A stretch of DNA of 64,000 nucleotides, taken from the IMG/VR virus record IMGVR_UViG_3300040801_003393, positions 46,539-110,538 of that record; one strand, given 5' to 3'. The first letter of the stretch is position 1; every line of letters starts with the position of its first letter. The position numbers were made by a program, and so were the translations under genes. The notes beneath the pieces were generated by a model that saw only the letters and a program-made list of their open reading frames with translations, was not told the DNA's origin and made no database searches. The DNA comes from a virus. Of this stretch, positions 56,696 through 64,000 are shown piece after piece.

Positions 56696-57730
56696 TCAGC
56701 TCATACCCAAAAACATTGCAATACCTGCAATTATTGCTACCGCACCAAGAACTATCCATGTTGGATTGATCTTTTTAATTTTGTTTATAATAACAGAAAC
56801 TTGCTCGCTTGTCGATGGTTTTGAGTCTTCAATTGCCTCAACTGCTTCTTCGACTAATTCCTCGCCAGGAACAGCCAAAAACGTTTCATTGAAATATCGC
56901 TCCGAGCCATTTAGTTCTGGACGTTGCGCGTATCCATATGCAACCATAAAGTCGTTCATCTTTTTAACTAAGTCACGATAGGTGATTTTATAGTTGTGTT
57001 TCTTGAGGGTATTTATTAAGGCATACGTGGCTGCTCCACAATACATATTGTCAATCCGAGCGTCTGCTGCGGTTTGTTGCGATTGACATCCAGATATCAT
57101 TAGTCCAACATTATCAATATCTCGACTTTGTACTGATCTTTTTGGTACGCCTATATCTAATCCTAAGCCGCGATTTAAAATATCTGCTGGCATCGGTAAT
57201 GCACGAGAACGGGCATGATCATCTTTATCATTGGTTAGTGTATAGTTGTATTCAGATTTTTCAGTTGGTGGCTGCCATTGGTTCATGTGGTCCATTCCAG
57301 AACCACTGTGGCAACAATCGAGTACAACCGTAAGTTGAACACCAGCTGGAACCTTATCGAATATTCTTTTTAAATCGTCATCTCGTATAACTTTTTCGCG
57401 CCAATCTAAATCAACCGGGCAAATGATCTCGTCGAGTTTATCTGGTTCTTTGTTTAAATCGTAATCGGTGTCGATAGTTTGAGATCCATGACCACTATAG
57501 TGGAAATATAAAGTATCGCCAGGTTCTGCGTCTTTAACTAACCACTCAAGACGTTCTAAAATATTTGCTGTAGTTGCGGATTCGTCAGTTAGCATTCTTT
57601 TGTCAGTTGATTTGAATCCGAAATGCGTGGTTAGCATATCACTAACCATCAATACGTCATTGACGCAACCGCGTAATGGGGCTGTTGGATAGGTGTTGAT
57701 TCCAACGAGCAATGCACGTTTCTTTGCCAT
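56696..57730 (-). CDS. Metacaspase (peptidase C14) with C-terminal TM anchor
   Basis: RALLVGINTY, LRGCVND, HYSGHG (His) and DCCHSG (Cys) catalytic motifs; hydrophobic C-terminal helix. Confidence 0.92.
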   Translation of the reverse strand: MAKKRALLVGINTYPTAPLRGCVNDVLMVSDMLTTHFGFKSTDKRMLTDESATTANILERLEWLVKDAEPGDTLYFHYSGHGSQTIDTDYDLNKEPDKLDEIICPVDLDWREKVIRDDDLKRIFDKVPAGVQLTVVLDCCHSGSGMDHMNQWQPPTEKSEYNYTLTNDKDDHARSRALPMPADILNRGLGLDIGVPKRSVQSRDIDNVGLMISGCQSQQTAADARIDNMYCGAATYALINTLKKHNYKITYRDLVKKMNDFMVAYGYAQRPELNGSERYFNETFLAVPGEELVEEAVEAIEDSKPSTSEQVSVIINKIKKINPTWIVLGAVAIIAGIAMFLGMS

Positions 57731-57791
57731 GTTCCTCTCCTAATAGGGTATTATTATACTATACCCGTATTTATTAAGAGTTATGGCAAAG
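57722..57791 (-). promoter_or_regulatory. RBS/start-sequestering hairpin with late TAAATA promoter upstream of the metacaspase
   Basis: ctttgccat/atggcaaag and ctcttaata/tattaggag pairings; TAAATA at 57768-57773. Confidence 0.75.
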
Positions 57792-58827
57792 TGACGTTGG
57801 CCCACCTAATGCTGATAGGAACTAGTGTATCAAGGAATATATGCGCAGTTTTCTCCCACGAATAGTTTTCCTGTACATAATCGTAAACTTTCCTACGATC
57901 TAATGTTAAACAGTTTGCAACGGCTGTATACAGGTCTTCGTCTAAGTAACCATTGACGCCATTGACTACAAAATCTTTTGGCCCAGTTACTGGATACGCT
58001 GCAACAGGACAGCCGCATGCATTGGCCTCGATCATTACAATGCCAAACGTGTCTGTTTTACTCGGAAATACAAAGCAATCAGATTTAGCGATTTCTCGAG
58101 CTAGGTCAGTACCAAACTTGTATCCTAAGAATCGAATGTTAGGATGTTGGTATTCTTCTTTTAAACGAGCTAAGTCTGGGCCATCACCAATCACTTGTTT
58201 AATAAAGCCTTCGTGGGGTAGGTTTAGAAATGCTTCTATGTTTTTTTCAACAGCCACCCGTCCTACATACGTTAATACAGGAATGTCGTTGTTAGGTAGG
58301 GCAGCTACTCTCCAATCAAAGGTATTATAGTCAACACCGCGTGTCCATACTTGCAAATTAGGATGCAATGACCAAGCGTCGAGCTCTTCTTTCATCGAAG
58401 GCGTTGTGACTAGGCAGGCGCGACTCCCTTTGTGGTGCCATCGCATAAAACGATATCCCCAAGACAAAGGAACCCACGGGAATCGTTCTTTAATATATTC
58501 GGGCGTTTTTGTATGGTACGATGTTGTAAACGGAATCTTTTTATGTCTACAAAACGTACCAGCAGCAACACCTAAAGTACCTTCGGTTGCGATATGTATT
58601 GCGTCGGGTTTAATGTTTTTAATAATGCTGCCAACTTTCCATACATTCCAAACGAGCCTGATTTCCTTGTATGTTGGTAGGCTAAATGATTTTAAGCCTG
58701 GCCAATCGTGACTTAAAACAACAACTTCGTGTCCTGCTTGTTTGGCTTGTTCAATAGTGGCTTCAAGAGTTCGAACTACACCGTTGACTTGTGGTCTCCA
58801 TGCATCAGTTACTATTAGTATCTTCAT
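57781..58827 (-). CDS. GT4 glycosyltransferase, Agt-like (candidate diacylglycerol glycosyltransferase)
   Basis: MKILIVTDAWRPQVNGVVRTL, IHIATEG, YVGRVAVEKN and FPSKTDTFGIVMIEANACG motifs. Confidence 0.85.
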   Translation of the reverse strand: MKILIVTDAWRPQVNGVVRTLEATIEQAKQAGHEVVVLSHDWPGLKSFSLPTYKEIRLVWNVWKVGSIIKNIKPDAIHIATEGTLGVAAGTFCRHKKIPFTTSYHTKTPEYIKERFPWVPLSWGYRFMRWHHKGSRACLVTTPSMKEELDAWSLHPNLQVWTRGVDYNTFDWRVAALPNNDIPVLTYVGRVAVEKNIEAFLNLPHEGFIKQVIGDGPDLARLKEEYQHPNIRFLGYKFGTDLAREIAKSDCFVFPSKTDTFGIVMIEANACGCPVAAYPVTGPKDFVVNGVNGYLDEDLYTAVANCLTLDRRKVYDYVQENYSWEKTAHIFLDTLVPISIRWANVTLP

Positions 58828-59593
58828 GATCGATTATGTGCCAATGTATAATTTCAATTCGTCCATCGTGGTGCTCTACAAGTGCAGTGCAGCTTTCGAC
58901 CCAATCGCCGTCGTTGTAATACGTGATGCCATTGATGTCTCGTATTTCTGCGTGATGTATATGCCCGCAGACGACGCCGTCGTGTTTGCGTTTTTTACAT
59001 TCGTGAGCAACGGTTGTTTCAAACGATGTAATAAACTCAACGGCACCTTTAACTTTGTGCTTTAGATAGGCACTTAACGACCAATACCCCATTCCAAACT
59101 TTGCTCGTACTTTATTAAATAGGGTGTTAATGGCAATCAGGCTGTTGTATGCAATATCACCAGCATGCGAAATCCATTTATGATATCGCGTAACACCATC
59201 GTATAGGTCACCATGAATGACCCAAAGCTCGCGGCCATCATGTGTGGTATGTACGAACTCGTTTGCAAATTCAATATTGCCAAAATCTCGATCTTCAAAA
59301 AAGTCAAGATATTTTCTTAGAAACTCGTCATGGTTTCCAATGACGTATTTGATTTGAGTTCCTTTTCTGGCTTTGTTTAGAAAGCGACGCAATATATTAA
59401 CGTGCTTCTGCGGAAAGTGGGTCATTCCGCGAGACATATTCCAGCCGTCGATAATATCTCCGACTAAGTAGATTGTTTCTGCTTTATTATTTTGCAAAAA
59501 GTCACTGAGATAGTCTGCCTTACAACCTCTAGTGCCGAGGTGTATGTCAGATATCCATATAGTGCGATATGAATTTTTTTCTTCAGATGCCAT
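58805..59593 (-). CDS. PlcP/LpxH2-like metallophosphoesterase (UDP-2,3-diacylglucosamine hydrolase family)
   Basis: RTIWISDIHLG, LVGDIIDGW, GNHDE, IHGD, CGHIH and NDGDWVESCTAL motifs. Confidence 0.85.
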   Translation of the reverse strand: MASEEKNSYRTIWISDIHLGTRGCKADYLSDFLQNNKAETIYLVGDIIDGWNMSRGMTHFPQKHVNILRRFLNKARKGTQIKYVIGNHDEFLRKYLDFFEDRDFGNIEFANEFVHTTHDGRELWVIHGDLYDGVTRYHKWISHAGDIAYNSLIAINTLFNKVRAKFGMGYWSLSAYLKHKVKGAVEFITSFETTVAHECKKRKHDGVVCGHIHHAEIRDINGITYYNDGDWVESCTALVEHHDGRIEIIHWHIIDHEDTNSN

Positions 59594-59777
59594 TATCTGG
59601 GGAGTTAATTTCTTTCTGTATTGCGTCTAAAGTGCGATTGGCATTTTCTCGTGCTTTTTCTGCTAACCATTCGCTTCTTCGTAAGCATCTTTTAATGTCA
59701 GAAACATAAGATTCGAGATCTTTAATGTTTTGATTCGTAGGATCTCGTGGCTTTTGTTTAGTGTTATGCTGCAACAT
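59583..59777 (-). CDS. Hypothetical protein
   Basis: TAAATA upstream; overlaps the next gene. Confidence 0.5.
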   Translation of the reverse strand: MLQHNTKQKPRDPTNQNIKDLESYVSDIKRCLRRSEWLAEKARENANRTLDAIQKEINSPDNGI

Positions 59778-59838
59778 AGGAACGTCCTTTTAGCGTTGTT
59801 GCGAGTATTTAGCCCTACATAATCAAATTATTATAAGA

Positions 59839-60117
59839 TTACTCGTTGTGGTATTCCCATAATATTGCATTGCAACGATTATGAACCGCGCCAATGGTCA
59901 TGCCGGTGTCGTGATCGTGGTGTAGATGCACCGGCCACCTGAAAAACCCAGCCGGGTATAAACTGGGCGTAATTTTTACTTTAGCCGCTTTCATGGCAGG
60001 AGGCCCGTTTAACGGCGCATTGCAGTAATAGCAGTTACCGCCCTGATGCCGTACATACTCTTCCCTGAGTATGCGGCGCTCTTTTGACGAGAGTTCGTTA
60101 TAGTTCTGCGGGGTCAT
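59839..60117 (-). CDS. Small endonuclease VII/HNH-like protein
   Basis: QGGNCYYC..HLHHDHDTGMTIGAVHNRCN. Confidence 0.7.
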   Translation of the reverse strand: MTPQNYNELSSKERRILREEYVRHQGGNCYYCNAPLNGPPAMKAAKVKITPSLYPAGFFRWPVHLHHDHDTGMTIGAVHNRCNAILWEYHNE

Positions 60118-60371
60118 TAGTGTTTAGTTTCTTTAGCAATCGATGATGTTTGCAGGGCCATCAATGCCCCTAGAAGGTCTTCTATTGCTGTAATTTGAGT
60201 TGACATGGCACCCATGTATTCAATAAATTGATCCTGAAAGTCCATCCACATTCCAGTCTCACTCAGACGTTCAGCTAAGTTAACGATTGCGGCGTTTCCT
60301 ACCGCTCCTTGCTGGGAAATAACGTTTACAGCCTTGACCAGAGCCCGATATTGTTCCTCAGAAATTTCCAT
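60117..60371 (-). CDS. Hypothetical protein
   Basis: Coupled ORF. Confidence 0.55.
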   Translation of the reverse strand: MEISEEQYRALVKAVNVISQQGAVGNAAIVNLAERLSETGMWMDFQDQFIEYMGAMSTQITAIEDLLGALMALQTSSIAKETKH

Positions 60372-61227
60372 AGTTAACCTGCATGCAAGTCAGCCCCAGA
60401 TGGCGCCAGAGATGCACTACCTGATCACGATCATCAAACACGCCGCGGACATTGAACCATCCTTCGATGTGATTACGGTAGATCTCTTCCTTGATGACAT
60501 AGTCCTTGCGAGAATCGCCGGCTGTTCGAATGAAGAAATGATCGTACGGCATACCGTGCTCGTCCATCCACTTACGAGTTAGCCGTTCAGCAGAACCATC
60601 GCGCCCGCTGCAAACAATGATCAATGCCCCAGAAGATTTCAGTGCCTTAGCAACATTGATGATATCTGTGTTGGGCAGGTCATCCATAACCTTGCTCCAA
60701 TCAAACGGTGACCGCCCATCCATTTTTGCAATGGTGCCGTCGACGTCGAAAATGTAAGCATTCGGGTGTCCTTCGAGTTCTTCCGGAGCAGGCCACCAAA
60801 CGTCGCGGTAGCGGTTGAACATGCCCTCAATCACCCGCTGGCCAACCGGAAACTCGCGCATGCGATCGCGCTCAATGCAGACACCATACGGAACGTCCGT
60901 AAAGTTCTTCTCGTAATAGGTGACACCGCAACTCTGCGCCAGCTTGAGCCAGTTGACGTTGCGATTCGGATCCAAGTTGGTGTCACTGATGACAACCGAT
61001 TTTCCTGCTTTCAGTGCATCCTCAGCAGCCCGCATCATCATGTCCGTAACCAGGTCTTCACGGAACTTCGTGAACTTTGCGTAACGATCACGCCCTTGCA
61101 GCATGATCCGCAGATCGTCACGGTTCAGGTTAATCAGGTCCGGATCTTTTTTGAGCTGCTCGACCGCCCAGGTTGTTTTTCCCGAAGCCGGAAGCCCAAT
61201 GGTCAAAGTCAGGTGTTGGGTCATCAT
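60358..61227 (-). CDS. pseT: Polynucleotide 5'-kinase/3'-phosphatase (T4 PNK-like)
   Basis: GLPASGKTT, NRDDLR, HAD motif FDVDGT, SGR and FDDRDQVV..WR..GL.C.QV. Confidence 0.93.
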   Translation of the reverse strand: MMTQHLTLTIGLPASGKTTWAVEQLKKDPDLINLNRDDLRIMLQGRDRYAKFTKFREDLVTDMMMRAAEDALKAGKSVVISDTNLDPNRNVNWLKLAQSCGVTYYEKNFTDVPYGVCIERDRMREFPVGQRVIEGMFNRYRDVWWPAPEELEGHPNAYIFDVDGTIAKMDGRSPFDWSKVMDDLPNTDIINVAKALKSSGALIIVCSGRDGSAERLTRKWMDEHGMPYDHFFIRTAGDSRKDYVIKEEIYRNHIEGWFNVRGVFDDRDQVVHLWRHLGLTCMQVNYGNF

Positions 61228-61252
61228 GCGCCCTCTCTGTTAATGTCTGCAT

Positions 61253-61281
61253 ATTATACCTGAATCGGAGTGGGCTGTCAA
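61253..61281 (-). promoter_or_regulatory. Sigma70-type early promoter
   Basis: Perfect TTGACA-17-TATAAT. Confidence 0.85.
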
Positions 61282-61306
61282 CCAAATTTTAGTAATTAAA
61301 GTAGTA

Positions 61307-61789
61307 TTATGAGTTATACTGTGGCCAAATTACCTGGTAAACCTGCTTTCCTTCCGTTTCTGCTGCGTTAGATGTTGCTCGAACCAATTTAACCCATGAC
61401 CAAAATGCATTGAGTTCATCTAGCTCGGCTTGTTCTTCCACCGTGTATTCACGATCATTTGCTAGATTGACTAACTCGATAGAACGAGCTAACATGTTTC
61501 TTTGCTTCCAGTCTGGTGCAACAGAATTGATGATTTCGCCGGCTTTAGCTTTAATCGCAGCAATACGACGCTCGTTTAGTGTTATGTCAACGAGATTGCT
61601 ATAATCGAGTCTGAGCTGAATGATGTTAACTGAGCGTCCGTCATCGTCCTCAGACCGGATCATACGTGGCTTTCCGTTAATAATTTCAGTTAAGTAATCT
61701 GAGGTAATTTCCATAACATCGCCCGGTTCGTCACCTTGCCAAGCAGCGTCAATTCCTTGTAGAGATAATGCTTTTTGAATTATGTTCAT
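61307..61789 (-). CDS. Tail-fibre assembly/chaperone-like protein
   Basis: PDWKQRN..W.WVKLVR..SN..E..IWP tail; follows a fibre-like gene. Confidence 0.55.
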   Translation of the reverse strand: MNIIQKALSLQGIDAAWQGDEPGDVMEITSDYLTEIINGKPRMIRSEDDDGRSVNIIQLRLDYSNLVDITLNERRIAAIKAKAGEIINSVAPDWKQRNMLARSIELVNLANDREYTVEEQAELDELNAFWSWVKLVRATSNAAETEGKQVYQVIWPQYNS

Positions 61790-61798
61790 TTTTGTTCC

Positions 61799-62749
61799 TT
61801 AGTAACCCGGCTCCTCGCCTGGAGGTAGCAACGGACCACCACCATCACCTGGGTCAATATACCTTTCTTCAAAAACAATTAACGTTGCAAACCAGGCGAT
61901 ACCGGTGGTTCCTTGTTCTCTTAATCGTATAGAAACTTCGTGTGTTGATTCACCGTCGAGTTGAGGGGTCGAATCATTTAAACTAATAGTTTGGTAGATG
62001 GCAGAGCTAGGCGCAGTTAACGTGCTAACAACATACGATTCGTCGGACGTAGCTGGGTTTAGAATGTTCCCATCTAGATATAGTCTCGCAAATACTGTTC
62101 CGGCAGTTACATCTGCACTAGCAGTAACCGTCGCAAAAATATGCAACCTAGAACTTTCCTCTACTTCAATATCGGTGATGCTTAAATAGTCAGCAAATGC
62201 GCCCGACAGATTTTGACTAGCTCCCATTTGCTGGAATAATACTTGGCGGATTACTCCAGCCGAACCAACGGCTGCATCAACGTATTCTTTAATGCTTCTC
62301 TGGGTTGCTAAAATCGAATCGGAATCGTCGCCTAATGTTCCGTCATCTAAAATAGCTGTAATTGGATACCCGCCCGGCAGCGAAAGTTGATTAATGGTGG
62401 CAGTTTCGACGTGCAAGTCTCGGAACCGCTCGGTGCTGGTTCCTAGGTCAACGGTATTGTTAACCGCCGGCACTAAAATACCATCACGTAGGTACAATTG
62501 TGTTTCGGCTGCTCCAGCAACATCAACCGCAAATTGAATTTCGTTTAAATTGCCGTTAGCAAAAACGAAGTTAAAATTATCCGGAGAGGCAATTCTGGGA
62601 ACTAGCGCCCCGTTGCTAGCAGTGCCATCATGACTGTGCCCAGTTGATGCGCTAAATGCTGCTTCTACGCTATCATATTCATCATTGAAATCCTCGGCAT
62701 CAATTCTGTCTCCGGGGATTTTAGCAAAAACTCGTGTATAACCTGCCAT
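61799..62749 (-). CDS. Tail-fibre-like virion protein outside the main tail module
   Basis: MAGYTR..FNDEY..TGHSHDGT, DLGTSTERFRDLH and LATQRSIKEYVD motifs; late promoter upstream. Confidence 0.65.
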   Translation of the reverse strand: MAGYTRVFAKIPGDRIDAEDFNDEYDSVEAAFSASTGHSHDGTASNGALVPRIASPDNFNFVFANGNLNEIQFAVDVAGAAETQLYLRDGILVPAVNNTVDLGTSTERFRDLHVETATINQLSLPGGYPITAILDDGTLGDDSDSILATQRSIKEYVDAAVGSAGVIRQVLFQQMGASQNLSGAFADYLSITDIEVEESSRLHIFATVTASADVTAGTVFARLYLDGNILNPATSDESYVVSTLTAPSSAIYQTISLNDSTPQLDGESTHEVSIRLREQGTTGIAWFATLIVFEERYIDPGDGGGPLLPPGEEPGY

Positions 62750-62800
62750 GCTGGCTCCTATATGTGCAATACATATATTTAGCCAGATTGGCAGGTTATA
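62737..62800 (-). promoter_or_regulatory. RBS/start-sequestering hairpin with late TAAATA promoter
   Basis: tataacctgcca/tggcaggttata, ctggct/agccag and tatatgt/acatata stems; TAAATA at 62776-62781. Confidence 0.8.
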
Positions 62801-63554
62801 TTTCTAGGATGAAATCCGAAACGTAGCCGGTATTTTCAAACCAATTTGGCGCACGGCGATAACCGTGTTGATTGCTAGCAACCAACGTGCCATTGAGGTC
62901 TTCCACCACTGAATGGTGAGTGTGTCCAAATAGCCAAAGTTTAACAGAACTGTCCAGAATTTGATTGTCCAGACCGCTATTGTAGAAATAGTACGAGATC
63001 TCATCTACTGAAAATCGAGGATTGGAAATTAAAACTGGTGGAAAATGCGTAACAATTACGTCTGCATCCCAGTTGATTTTGTCACGGGTGCGACGGTTAA
63101 TCTCAACCATTTGGTGAGTGCTAAAATTTCGCACGCCATGCTTGATAGCATGGAAGTCGTTGATGTTGTCCGCTACCCGCTTATTTACGAACCAGTCATT
63201 ACCGCGGAGATCGCTCCAGAGAGTGGAGCCCCAGAACTTAACACCGTCGATCTCGAGGTTATCGGTGCCAATGGCTTCGTCGAGCAGATGTACGCCGCAT
63301 TTCTTTGCAATACGATAGGCCTCGGACAGAGTTTCCTCATACTGCATACCGTAAAATTCATGGTTGCCGAGGACCCAGATTACATGCTCAGCAAGATCCT
63401 TGCGCTCTTCAAAAAACGCTTCAAGTTTGGTTTGCTGGTCAATTGTCTGCAGACTGCCAATATCGCCTGCCAGAACGCAGACGTCAGATGCAACAGTTGA
63501 TTGGTTGGGTATGCCCTTTTCGAGGTGGGCATCGCTTTGTAGATGAATTCTCAT
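62796..63554 (-). CDS. Calcineurin-like metallophosphoesterase
   Basis: SDAHLE, LAGDIG, GNHEFY, VTHFPP and FGHTH motifs. Confidence 0.88.
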   Translation of the reverse strand: MRIHLQSDAHLEKGIPNQSTVASDVCVLAGDIGSLQTIDQQTKLEAFFEERKDLAEHVIWVLGNHEFYGMQYEETLSEAYRIAKKCGVHLLDEAIGTDNLEIDGVKFWGSTLWSDLRGNDWFVNKRVADNINDFHAIKHGVRNFSTHQMVEINRRTRDKINWDADVIVTHFPPVLISNPRFSVDEISYYFYNSGLDNQILDSSVKLWLFGHTHHSVVEDLNGTLVASNQHGYRRAPNWFENTGYVSDFILEI

Positions 63555-63919
63555 GTTTTTAACCTAGACCACATTTTTTCTTTAAGGACCTTGTCCCTAA
63601 ATTCAATCCTTTCTTCACTCTCTGGGTCACACCAGGCCCGTATGCGCTCTTTACTTCCCCACGACAATGCCGGAGCGTATTTTAATACCCACCGGGTGAT
63701 TTCCCAAAGTCGCTGACTGTTAACAGAATCCGCGTTTGAAACTGCACGGAACAAATTGTTAGTCAGCACCGCTTCAACAAACCCGCCTGGCGGCAGTCCA
63801 TCGAGCAAGTAATTCTCAAGAGTTTTCTGCGTATGTTCAGGAACACCGCTGTCGTCAAATACAAAGCTACTATCAGACTGAACGTCAATCTGAACGTCAA
63901 ATGGAACGAATTGGCTCAT
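63551..63919 (-). CDS. Hypothetical phage protein
   Basis: PPGGFVEAVLTNNLFRAV..AD..APALSWGS. Confidence 0.7.
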   Translation of the reverse strand: MSQFVPFDVQIDVQSDSSFVFDDSGVPEHTQKTLENYLLDGLPPGGFVEAVLTNNLFRAVSNADSVNSQRLWEITRWVLKYAPALSWGSKERIRAWCDPESEERIEFRDKVLKEKMWSRLKT

Positions 63920-64000
63920 TGCTGTTCGTTTTTAATTTTGCGAAAGTGTTTCTCGACGTAGTCCTGGACCACCTTTCGTGCGCCCTCGTAGTCCCGCGCA
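63916..64000 (-). CDS. 3' end of a gene entering from beyond the window
   Basis: Open frame ..ARDYEGARKVVQDYVEKHFRKIKNEQQ* whose stop overlaps the next ATG. Confidence 0.45.
   Translation of the reverse strand, partial: ARDYEGARKVVQDYVEKHFRKIKNEQQ

Noticed and set aside
52203-59593. Host chromosomal contamination (iscU, erpA, plcP-like, GT4)
   Set aside because: Genes are interleaved with phage ORFs and carry phage-type TAAATA signals rather than bacterial operon context.
59765-59820. Possible seventh anti-RBS hairpin at 59583..59777
   Set aside because: TAAATA is present but the upstream pairing is short and G:U-rich, so it was not counted.

Overview
This window is part of a large myovirus-like (probably jumbo) phage genome in the standard genetic code; no host chromosome, CRISPR array, rRNA or IS element is evident. 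(1) 1-23.9 kb (+): tail/baseplate genes, namely a gp5-like spike, gp25- and gp6-like wedge proteins, a 4516-aa giant structural protein and fibre-like proteins. (2) 24-41 kb: a compact, mostly overlapping modification locus with four glycosyltransferase-like genes, five radical SAM enzymes carrying N-terminal Twitch/SPASM-like domains, a NodU/CmcH carbamoyltransferase, and a convergent NDP-sugar epimerase/dehydratase + DegT aminotransferase pair. (3) 41-64 kb (mostly -): thyA, DHFR, dCMP deaminase, PNK, a MoxR-type AAA+/vWA pair, tRNA-Thr(UGU), a porin, IscU and ErpA, a membrane-anchored metacaspase, a PlcP-like phosphoesterase + GT4 pair, and many small ORFs. Two promoter classes are readable: sigma70-type TTGACA-17-TATAAT and T4-late-like TAAATA. 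At six genes the TAAATA sits inside a hairpin that would bury the ribosome-binding site on read-through transcripts. Best candidates for undescribed biology: the radical-SAM/glycosylation locus with phage-encoded Fe-S support, the repeated late-only translation hairpins, and the putative lipid-remodelling pair. All functional calls come from motif recognition by eye; no database search was run.
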